Shown here piece by piece: positions 9,768 to 17,502 of a stretch of DNA of 64,000 nt. Positions within the stretch are counted from its first letter, which is position 1, and every line of letters begins with the position of its first letter. The notes below the pieces were generated by a model. That model ran no database searches. It saw nothing but the letters and a program-made list of their open reading frames with translations, and was not told the DNA's origin. The position numbers and the translations under genes are program-made. The DNA is from a virus (Duplodnaviria > Caudoviricetes). The stretch is from IMG/VR virus record IMGVR_UViG_3300021090_000019, positions 1,368 through 65,367 of that record; one strand, given 5' to 3'.

Positions 9768-9795
9768 AGTTTACATAATGCATATTATCAGACGT
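9768..9795 (-). other. dif-like XerC/XerD recombination site
   Basis: ACGTCTGATAA-TATGCA-TTATGTAAACT; 11-6-11 layout; XerD arm identical to that of B. subtilis dif. Confidence 0.8.
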
Positions 9796-10295
9796 ATTCT
9801 CCCCAATACGTTGCCTTATCCCTCCCCTGGCGCTCGCTTTCCCCTGGCTGAAGCTCGGATTTCCCCGGTGTCGATTGCCCGCCCTCCCCCTCCCCATTCC
9901 CTAAGCTATCGACATCACATAACAACCTGCAACACGTTCCTGTTCTTTCTCTTTCTTTCCCCTGTTTTTTTCCTCTTTGCGCTTTATTGGGTCGCTGGTC
10001 TCGGGTTTAGACCTGGCTCAGTCATCCCCAGTTGGACTCTGTTGAGACTTCCTGAGATATACATTCCCTTGCTACTCCTTCAACTATCCCCGTACCCATA
10101 GGCACCCTTTTCCCCCCCTACCCCCCCTTTTCCCTTATTCCCTCTCCCCTTCCCTTCACAGATACGTTCTCTTTCGATGCGTTATTCCCTCCCGGGGGAC
10201 CGGGGTTCTTGGGGCCTCCGCCGCTGCCGGGCTGGAGGAGTCCGCCGGGACCGGGATCGACCTGGCCGCGCGGGACCGGGGACCGGGGCCGACTC

Positions 10296-10340
10296 TGACT
10301 TTTTTTCATGACCTTTTTTCAAAAGTCTGACCTTTTTTCA
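10296..10340. repeat. Three 13-bp TGA-N7-TCA boxes (candidate activator sites)
   Basis: TGACTTTTTTTCA 10296, TGACCTTTTTTCA 10309 and 10328. Confidence 0.7.
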
Positions 10341-10405
10341 GAGCGAAATCATTGAGTATTTGACGCGGCTTTCCGGAAACATTTAGCCTTTTGTCCGCAG
10401 TTGAT

Positions 10406-10422
10406 TTGGCACAGAGTTTGCT
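10406..10422 (+). promoter_or_regulatory. Sigma-54 (-24/-12) promoter
   Basis: TTGGCACAGAGTTTGCT with GG-N10-GC spacing; intergenic, heads the plus-strand early cluster. Confidence 0.7.
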
Positions 10423-10636
10423 CTTAAGAGGGTGACTTTTGAAGTTGAAAGGGGTTCTGGAAATGAGACTTTTGATGGTAGGACAAACTGAGAAGCTTTC
10501 TCCGGAACATGAGACCGAAGTCAAGGCGAATTGCGCTCGACCTTTAGGGTGCAACGAGCAACCGGCTTCCTGGGACAGTGGTCCGCTGCCGGTTCAATCC
10601 ACTTGGGGACTATTCAACATGAAAGGGGTGAAATTC

Positions 10637-10825
10637 ATGGCTACAAAAAGGAGTGAACCTGAAAGCTTGACGCTCCCTGGCATGGCTAAAAGATCTATGC
10701 CGCCGACTCGAAAGACGGTCGGGATGCTTTGGGACGAGACCCCGCTGGCGAAGGCCGCGCGGCAGGCCGAAATCGACCGAGTCCAACCGGGACTTTTTGA
10801 GAAGAAAGAAGGGGAGATATCATGA
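10637..10825 (+). CDS. Small early protein with QPGLF motif
   Basis: SD AAAGGGGTG before MATKRS. Confidence 0.6.
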   Translation: MATKRSEPESLTLPGMAKRSMPPTRKTVGMLWDETPLAKAARQAEIDRVQPGLFEKKEGEIS

Positions 10826-10938
10826 GTCTTTTCGATATCGTTAGTCCACTTCTTTTCGGAGTTTTCTGGTTTGTAGGCGTCTTGCTCGGGTTGAGAGATA
10901 AACCAAAACCACGATTGAAGGGGGGTGAAAATGACTAA
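10822..10938 (+). CDS. Small membrane protein
   Basis: MSLFDIVSPLLFGVFWFVGVLLGL; SD and ATGA overlap. Confidence 0.5.
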   Translation: MSLFDIVSPLLFGVFWFVGVLLGLRDKPKPRLKGGEND

Positions 10939-11095
10939 AGCTATGCTTCTCGAAAATGCCGGGATTGAGGGTTTCCGAATCGCTGCCGATTTGGTGCCCT
11001 CCGTTCATTTAGCGCCGGTTCTTTCTATCCTGAGCTGGCAAACATGGGTTAATTCGCTGCCTGTCTACAAGACAGGGAAAGGGGACAAAGAATGA
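10931..11095 (+). CDS. Small hypothetical protein
   Basis: SD GGGGGTGA; overlaps the next start. Confidence 0.5.
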   Translation: MTKAMLLENAGIEGFRIAADLVPSVHLAPVLSILSWQTWVNSLPVYKTGKGDKE

Positions 11096-12105
11096 AACCG
11101 TCAGTCTTATCTGAAACACTACGGATTGCGATCCGGAACAAAGACCCGTTGTTGATTGTTGGCCCTCCTGGGATAGGTAAAACAGACCTCACGTTTCAGG
11201 CCGCGCAGGCCGAAGGTGCAGACCTTATCGTGAGTCACCCCGTTGTCAGTGATCCGACGGATTATAAGGGAATGCCTTGGGTTATCACCCTACCGGACGG
11301 AACACAGAAAGCGACGTTCCTTCCCTTCAGTGACCTGGAAGAGTTGATCAAGGCGACGAGGCCGACCGTTTTTCTCCTTGATGATCTTGGACAGGCCGCG
11401 CCCTCAGTTCAAGCGCCAGCTATGCAGTTGATTTTAGGCCGTAGGATTAACGGCCACAAAGTTTCTGACGAAGTCGTTTTCATTGCATGTACGAACCGCC
11501 GTCAAGACATGGCCGGGGTGACTGGCATTCTCGAACCCGTCAAGAGCCGGTTCATTTCAATCATAAACCTGGAGGCGGACCTTGACGATTGGTGCAAGTG
11601 GGCACTTGCTTCAAACACTGTCGCTTTCGAAGTCATCTCTTTCCTCCGGTGGAAGCCCGCGCTACTTTGCGACTTCAAACCGACGAAGGAAATGAAAAAT
11701 TCACCCTGCCCACGGACCTGGAATGCAGTCAGTAAGATCGTCCAACATAGCTACCCGAAAGAGGCAGAGGCAGAAATGATCATGGGCGCGGTCGGGGAGG
11801 GGGCCGGGGTCGAGTTTATGGCATTCCTCAAAATCGCGCGTGAATTACCATCTCCGGATTATGTCATCATGCATCCGGACGAGGCCGACGTTCCCAAGTC
11901 ACCGTCAACTCTGTACGCGCTTTGCGGCGCTCTTTCCGCACGTGCCGGGGACAACACCTTTGGGAACATTGTTAGATTTGCAAACAGACTGCCAGCGGAA
12001 TTCTCCGTCATGATGATCGTCGATAGCACGACGAAAAACAGAAATCTGGTCAAGACGAAAGCTTATATTGACTGGAGTCTCAAACATACTGATGTCTTGA
12101 TTTAG
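11092..12105 (+). CDS. MoxR-like AAA+ ATPase
   Basis: GPPGIGKT, FLLDD, ACTN, SRF, PCPRTW. Confidence 0.9.
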   Translation: MKPSVLSETLRIAIRNKDPLLIVGPPGIGKTDLTFQAAQAEGADLIVSHPVVSDPTDYKGMPWVITLPDGTQKATFLPFSDLEELIKATRPTVFLLDDLGQAAPSVQAPAMQLILGRRINGHKVSDEVVFIACTNRRQDMAGVTGILEPVKSRFISIINLEADLDDWCKWALASNTVAFEVISFLRWKPALLCDFKPTKEMKNSPCPRTWNAVSKIVQHSYPKEAEAEMIMGAVGEGAGVEFMAFLKIARELPSPDYVIMHPDEADVPKSPSTLYALCGALSARAGDNTFGNIVRFANRLPAEFSVMMIVDSTTKNRNLVKTKAYIDWSLKHTDVLI

Positions 12106-12194
12106 CGGGAATAGGCAGAGGGTGAGGCATCTCGAAACGGGGTGCCGATCCCCCTGGCTACTGCCGGGAAAATCTGAAAGGAAAGGAGACAAAC

Positions 12195-13049
12195 ATGGGA
12201 GAGAAGAAATTGAACGAACGAGCGCTGCTGCTTCGATTGTCAATTGGACAGTGGACCGCTCGAAAGCAGGACAAGAAAATCAAGGCAGAGGTAGAGCAGC
12301 AATACAACGCGACGGACGCAATTAGCGTTCACAAGGCGCTCATTGCGAAAAGCGCCCTGGAAACTATTTCCAAAAAGGTCACACAGGTTAGAGATTATGT
12401 TTACACTCACACCCTGCCCTGGGTAGACGAGGGAGTGCGATTGGTGCCCGCCGTTGACATTCTTTCTTTGTCTCAAACGCTCCGCGAAGAGAAGCAGGAA
12501 TGCGAAAAATTGTTTGAAGAATTTGTAGCGAACTACCCCGCCATGATCGAGACCGCGCGCGCGAGTCTGAACGGACTTTTCAACGAGGCCGACTATCCCA
12601 ACCCGGCCAAGGTAGCGCGAAAGTTCTATATGGAATTCACGTTCGAACCCATTCCGGAAAGCGCGGGGTTTGTTAGCCTGCAAGGTTTCATACAGAACGA
12701 GCTCGACGATATGTCTCAGAACTACGAAGACCGGGTTAGAACCGCGACGGCAGCGGCCATGAAGGATCTTTACATGAGACTCCACAAGGTCATTTCCGCC
12801 GCTCATGAAAGGCTGATAGATCCGGATAACAAGTTCAAGGATTCCCTGGTTTCAAACATTGTCGAACTGGTCAACCTACTACCGAGACTGAACGTGACCG
12901 GAGATGAAGAGCTTGAAAGACTCCGCCGCGAGGCCGAAGAGAAGTTGACGAAGTACGACGCGCAATCGCTCAGAGATTATCCGATGATGCGAAAAGAAGT
13001 GGCCGACGGGGCTGCTGACCTCCTGAAGAAAATGGAAGGCTACGTTTAA
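12195..13049 (+). CDS. DUF3150-like protein
   Basis: W.ARK.D, HTLPW.D.G.RL.P, LFNEADYP, LNVTGD; sits between AAA and vWA genes. Confidence 0.7.
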   Translation: MGEKKLNERALLLRLSIGQWTARKQDKKIKAEVEQQYNATDAISVHKALIAKSALETISKKVTQVRDYVYTHTLPWVDEGVRLVPAVDILSLSQTLREEKQECEKLFEEFVANYPAMIETARASLNGLFNEADYPNPAKVARKFYMEFTFEPIPESAGFVSLQGFIQNELDDMSQNYEDRVRTATAAAMKDLYMRLHKVISAAHERLIDPDNKFKDSLVSNIVELVNLLPRLNVTGDEELERLRREAEEKLTKYDAQSLRDYPMMRKEVADGAADLLKKMEGYV

Positions 13050-13102
13050 GAAATTCGAAATTCAAAGGCCGGGGCCGCGAGACCCCGGCGGAAAGGAATC
13101 AA

Positions 13103-14395
13103 ATGAAGACCTCAGATCTAAGCGCGAAAAAGAAGATTGAGAAAGCGCGGGCAGGGCTGGTGATGGATCAACCTTTTTGGGCATCAATCTGTCTACGCCT
13201 GGAGATGATCGAAGACAAGGCCGGGGGCTTGACTGAGACCATGGCCACGGACGGAAAGTCGATCTATTATTATCCTCCGTTTGTTGACGCGCTTTCGCTC
13301 GACGAAGTCAAGGGTGTCCTGGCTCACGAAGTCGGCCACGTTATCCTGCTTCACCCCTATCGTCGCGGAAACCGAGACCTATCAGATTTCAATCAGGCCG
13401 GGGATTATGCAGTCAACCCGATTCTGAAGGAGGCCGGTTTCAAGCTGCCTGAAGGGAGCCTTGACGAGCAGGCCTTTCACGGAAAAGAAGTCGAAAGTAT
13501 TTATACCATCATCCACAATCTTCCGAAGAAACCGCAGGGACAAGGCGGACAGGGACCGGGTGGACTGAAGGGACAAGGTACCGGCGCGGACGGATCTCAA
13601 CCCGATAAACCTGGCGGTGGCGGATCTCAACCCGGTAAACCGGACAAGGCAGGGCCAAAAAAGCCTGGGCCGAAATGTCCAGATCCTGGAGGGACCGGGG
13701 GGGTGATGGACTACCCCGGGACGCCTGCCGAAACAAAGCAGGCCATGGAAGAGCAGAAGATATCAAACATTCAGGCCGCGCAAGTTGCGAAAAAACAAGG
13801 TCGCCTGCCGGGGTCGCTTGACAGATTGATTGAAGACCTGAACGAGCCAACCGTTGATTGGCGGGAAGTCTTAGCACAATTCGTTGACAGCTATTCCAAG
13901 AACGACTACACCTGGTCGAAACCGAACCGGAGATTTCTGGGGTCTGGAATGTTCATGCCGTCGCTGCAATCTCCAAGTCTGGGGCACGTAGTCGTCTTGA
14001 TAGATGCATCCGGTTCTGTTTCCGAAGTCGAGCTAAGGGGCCTGGTTTCCGAGGCTTCCGGAATAACCGAGATGTACGAGGGAGTTGAGCTTTCCGTGAT
14101 CTTCTTCGACACGCGAACGTCAGATATCCTTCAGATTACCGACGAGACAGACCTGAAGAAATTGAAAATCCCTAAGATGAGCGGCGGAACGGATTATAAG
14201 CCTGGATTCAAGGCTATCGACAAAAACGGTTTGACTCCAGTTTGTGTCGTGGTTCTGACCGATGGGGAGTGTTCGAGTTTTCCAAAAGACCGGGGAGTGC
14301 CTACGCTTTGGGTGATCAACGACACCGAGACCGCGAAACGCTTTAAACCTCCGTTTGGTGACGTGCTGGCCATGCCTGGAAACGAGACGGACTGA
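13103..14395 (+). CDS. DUF2201-type metallopeptidase plus vWA protein
   Basis: TMATDG, HEVGH, MIDAS DASGS, GGTD, LTDG. Confidence 0.9.
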   Translation: MKTSDLSAKKKIEKARAGLVMDQPFWASICLRLEMIEDKAGGLTETMATDGKSIYYYPPFVDALSLDEVKGVLAHEVGHVILLHPYRRGNRDLSDFNQAGDYAVNPILKEAGFKLPEGSLDEQAFHGKEVESIYTIIHNLPKKPQGQGGQGPGGLKGQGTGADGSQPDKPGGGGSQPGKPDKAGPKKPGPKCPDPGGTGGVMDYPGTPAETKQAMEEQKISNIQAAQVAKKQGRLPGSLDRLIEDLNEPTVDWREVLAQFVDSYSKNDYTWSKPNRRFLGSGMFMPSLQSPSLGHVVVLIDASGSVSEVELRGLVSEASGITEMYEGVELSVIFFDTRTSDILQITDETDLKKLKIPKMSGGTDYKPGFKAIDKNGLTPVCVVVLTDGECSSFPKDRGVPTLWVINDTETAKRFKPPFGDVLAMPGNETD

Positions 14396-14449
14396 GGAAC
14401 GAAACAAGACACCGGGGCCGTCGCGCTCCGGTGTCGGGAAGGAAACGCC

Positions 14450-15124
14450 ATGCAGGAACAACCGACACTCTTTCAAATCAAAACGCAATACAACAAGCTG
14501 GCACAAAAGCCCGAAGTCCGCAAACGCGCAACGAGGCGCCGCGCTTTGGTTCAAGGGGCAATCGATTTTACTTCTATCCGCGCGGACAACCTCACCTGGC
14601 CGGTGATCCGGAACGCCTGCAAGGCGCTCCTGGGAGACTATAAAATTCGCGTGAGAGTAGGCGCGGATATTTCCACCGAATTCGGCGCGGCGGCAAAGGC
14701 CTTGTTACAGCGAAACTACGACTCCCCGGCGCAGATGTATTGGGGGACAAGGGATTGGCTTATTGATCAGCTTAAACCGTACTGTCCGGGACTCACGAAA
14801 GACGCCTGGCATAAATTCAGGGGCCGGGTGCTGGCCATTCGAAGTCAAAGGTCCGGGAACCGGTCATTCTTTGCAAATCGGGAAGCTTTCAACGGTCGAA
14901 GACTCTGGCCGCTCGAACACAAGAAAAAAGGCAACTATGAGGACTTCGCGAAAAAGGTATGGAGGGACCGGGGTTGTCCGACGTTCGGAAAGAGAGTCGT
15001 CACCGGCGCAACCTGGGGGCCGCCATGGACGAACGACAGACGTGGGCCTATCCAACGATGGGTAGGGATATACTGGGAACGCAAGGGAGGGCGGGCGCTC
15101 CTTAATGTGTCCATTCAAAGATAG
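14450..15124 (+). CDS. Hypothetical basic protein
   Basis: ORF after hairpin and SD. Confidence 0.6.
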   Translation: MQEQPTLFQIKTQYNKLAQKPEVRKRATRRRALVQGAIDFTSIRADNLTWPVIRNACKALLGDYKIRVRVGADISTEFGAAAKALLQRNYDSPAQMYWGTRDWLIDQLKPYCPGLTKDAWHKFRGRVLAIRSQRSGNRSFFANREAFNGRRLWPLEHKKKGNYEDFAKKVWRDRGCPTFGKRVVTGATWGPPWTNDRRGPIQRWVGIYWERKGGRALLNVSIQR

Positions 15125-15134
15125 GGGGTGTGTG

Positions 15135-15710
15135 ATGGCGAGGCCGTTTAAGAAACTGCCGAAGAAAACACAGGAAGCCGTTCTGGAGAGGTACAGATAT
15201 TTTAACGTTGAGGATTTTGAGTGGTGGGACTCGACCGAGGAGGTTTTCAAAGAGGACATGAAAGAAAAGGGTGTCGAGGTTGATAACATCTACTTCGAAA
15301 TGTTCTGTCAGGGGGCCGGGGCCTGCTACGTCGGGTCGTTCAACGTGCTAAAGCTGATAGAGGCAAATCTTGAACCTCTGGTAAGGGGCGGTATCGATAT
15401 TTTTATGATCCGCAAGATCCTGGATGGGTGCTGGTCAAGTGGCATCATAAACCACAAGAACAGGTACTACTACAAGGAAACGATGGACATCAGTATGGAA
15501 GTCGAATATCCCGAAGAGGCTGACGAAACGGAAACCGAAAAAGCCGACAAGCTTATAAAAGAGACCGTCGAGGAATTTCTGAAAGACGAAGCTGGAAGAC
15601 TCTACAAGATGTTGGAGACAGAACATGACTATTTAACGTCCGACGATGCGGTAAAAGAAACCTTGATTGCTAACGATTACCTCTTCGATAGAGAGGGGGT
15701 GATGGTCTGA
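15135..15710 (+). CDS. Acidic early protein, paralog of 19454-20089
   Basis: F..L....Q, IYF..F.QG.GA, YL.SD motifs. Confidence 0.7.
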   Translation: MARPFKKLPKKTQEAVLERYRYFNVEDFEWWDSTEEVFKEDMKEKGVEVDNIYFEMFCQGAGACYVGSFNVLKLIEANLEPLVRGGIDIFMIRKILDGCWSSGIINHKNRYYYKETMDISMEVEYPEEADETETEKADKLIKETVEEFLKDEAGRLYKMLETEHDYLTSDDAVKETLIANDYLFDREGVMV

Positions 15711-15777
15711 TGGGGGAGAACTGGTTAGGTATTGGCGCGCTGGTCATTCTCATAGCGCTTATAGCGCTTAGTCTCAG

Positions 15778-15990
15778 GTGAAAGGGGGTGATACATTGAA
15801 TGAAAAGTATTTGTCGATGAGTCAAGGAGAGCTGGCAACACTGGCAAGAGAGACCTTTGGGAACGCGGTAGTCCATCCCGAAAGGTTGACGAAGGAACAG
15901 TTGATTGAGAAGCTTGAAAACGCAGACAGGTTCAACGAGCTTCAGAAAGAAACTGATGGCTTCGCCGATGGAACGCAACACAGCAAATAG
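15778..15990 (+). CDS. Small protein (Rho-N-like pattern)
   Basis: MSQGELATLARE...LTKEQLIEKL; start uncertain. Confidence 0.5.
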   Translation: MKGGDTLNEKYLSMSQGELATLARETFGNAVVHPERLTKEQLIEKLENADRFNELQKETDGFADGTQHSK

Positions 15991-16085
15991 AGGGTTGGCG
16001 GGGCTGGCGAAACCCCACGACGGGACGCCGACCGGCTGCAAGCCCATGACGGGGACTGGTCCCGTCAACCGAAAGGAGAAATGAG

Positions 16086-16664
16086 ATGGGAGAACTGAGA
16101 TTCGGAGAACACAGTAAGACGCACTTCTCTGGCCGTAACGGGGTGGGCCAGTGTATCGGAATGCGCGTCTACAAGAGTTATGAGCTGCCCGCTACCGCCG
16201 AGATGCCCGACGCAAAGGACTTTGCACAGAAGGCTATCCACATCATCCCGATACATAGCAAGGGACGTGACGCGCGATGTCGATTAGAGATCCCACAGGA
16301 AGAGGTTGGACGGTTCTGTCAGCTTTTGGAGGACGAGCTTGAAACGAGAGAGCTTATGAAATCCGAAACCAGACGGGCCACGCTGACGGTGGAACTGAGA
16401 TCCGCCGCGCAGATGGTCGTTGATAACTGGGAGTCTGGAGACCTGGCCTTTGCGGTCCGGACGCTGGCCGCTGCCCTGGAGAACGAGAAAGATCCGGACA
16501 GGTTTGCAGATTGGCTTCGATCCAAGGGCCGCGACGTTTACGATGAGAGCGGACGAATCACCGAACACGCGGACGGAACCCCGGTGATCGAGATCAAGGA
16601 GGATGATCCCTGTCTTGTGTGCAACAAGGATGCTTCCGAATGCCTGGCCTGTGCCGGGTGTTAA
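16086..16664 (+). CDS. Hypothetical protein with C-terminal Cys cluster
   Basis: SD AAGGAG; CLVC...CLACAGC. Confidence 0.65.
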   Translation: MGELRFGEHSKTHFSGRNGVGQCIGMRVYKSYELPATAEMPDAKDFAQKAIHIIPIHSKGRDARCRLEIPQEEVGRFCQLLEDELETRELMKSETRRATLTVELRSAAQMVVDNWESGDLAFAVRTLAAALENEKDPDRFADWLRSKGRDVYDESGRITEHADGTPVIEIKEDDPCLVCNKDASECLACAGC

Positions 16665-16727
16665 ACAATCTTACGCGGGACAGCTCCGAATTGTGGCCGG
16701 GGCTGGTCCTGGAAAGGGGAGAAACGT

Positions 16728-16916
16728 ATGGCAATGAGCGGTAAGGAAGTTAAAGAATGGGTGGCGGGCCTGAACGATGATGACATGGTTGCTGTCGATG
16801 ACGGGGGCCTCTGTCTGGTCGTCAAGGACACCGGGAGTTATTGCGAGATCGGTGGCATCCCCCTGGACCCTAACGACGAGGAGGAAGAGGGCTGGAATAT
16901 GAGAGGGGGGGTGTAA
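16728..16916 (+). CDS. Small acidic protein
   Basis: SD AAGGGGAG. Confidence 0.6.
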   Translation: MAMSGKEVKEWVAGLNDDDMVAVDDGGLCLVVKDTGSYCEIGGIPLDPNDEEEEGWNMRGGV

Positions 16917-16919
16917 ACC

Positions 16920-17213
16920 ATGGCGCGGTGGGTGGATAAGTGGACAGTCAGAGGAAACAGCGGGGTCGGTCACACCGTTTCTGTCAGTGACAACGGGGAG
17001 TGGGGTTGCTCTTGCCCTGCCTGGAAATTCAAAAAGAGGGACGCAAAGGCGCGCGGCGAGATGTGCCACCATATCATGCAGAAAAAGGCAGAGATCAACT
17101 GGATCGATGGCGACATGGGGGCCGTGATGCGCTTGAAGGCGCAGCTTATCGAGCGCTACAAGGAGCAGGGTAAGAGCGAAGAGTGGATCGTGGGTAAACT
17201 TGCTGTGACATGA
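16920..17213 (+). CDS. SWIM zinc-finger protein
   Basis: WGCSCP.W...CHHI. Confidence 0.8.
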   Translation: MARWVDKWTVRGNSGVGHTVSVSDNGEWGCSCPAWKFKKRDAKARGEMCHHIMQKKAEINWIDGDMGAVMRLKAQLIERYKEQGKSEEWIVGKLAVT

Positions 17214-17272
17214 ATAGACGAGCCGGGGGACCTGGCGTAAAGGTCCCAACAAACGAAAGGGGGTGATCATCT

Positions 17273-17500
17273 GTGATAACTGGAGCAAGACAAATGCGCT
17301 GTGGCGGCTGCGGCGGGGAGGACTTTCAGGTCTTCACGAAAAGAGAAGACACTCTTGGAATCGACGGCGTGACTAACCTCATCCTGGAGTGTAACGGCTG
17401 CAAGTCTACGTCCATCGTTCAACCGTTCAAACCGGTTATGACAATCGGTTGGGGAGATCGGAGCGACGGAATAATCTGTATCATGGGAAAGGAGGATTGA
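17273..17500 (+). CDS. Zinc-ribbon protein
   Basis: CGGC...CNGC; SD GGGGGTGA. Confidence 0.6.
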   Translation: MITGARQMRCGGCGGEDFQVFTKREDTLGIDGVTNLILECNGCKSTSIVQPFKPVMTIGWGDRSDGIICIMGKED

Positions 17501-17502
17501 TC

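Noticed and set aside
9580-10554. ORFs 9580-10101, 10118-10309 and 10306-10554
   Set aside because: Low-complexity translations over regulatory DNA; likely spurious
10560-10610. GGTTCAATCC resembling a tRNA T-loop
   Set aside because: No cloverleaf can be built; it is part of a leader hairpin
11092-12105. AAA+ ATPase as the sigma-54 activator
   Set aside because: No GAFTGA loop; MoxR-like and paired with a vWA gene
14392-14405. CTGAGGA..GAAAC resembling a hammerhead ribozyme core
   Set aside because: Only 2 nt where stem II should be; no stem III or cleavage triplet found
16006-16030. GGCGAAACCC..GGGACGCC resembling a c-di-GMP-I riboswitch
   Set aside because: No GNRA tetraloop, receptor or second stem
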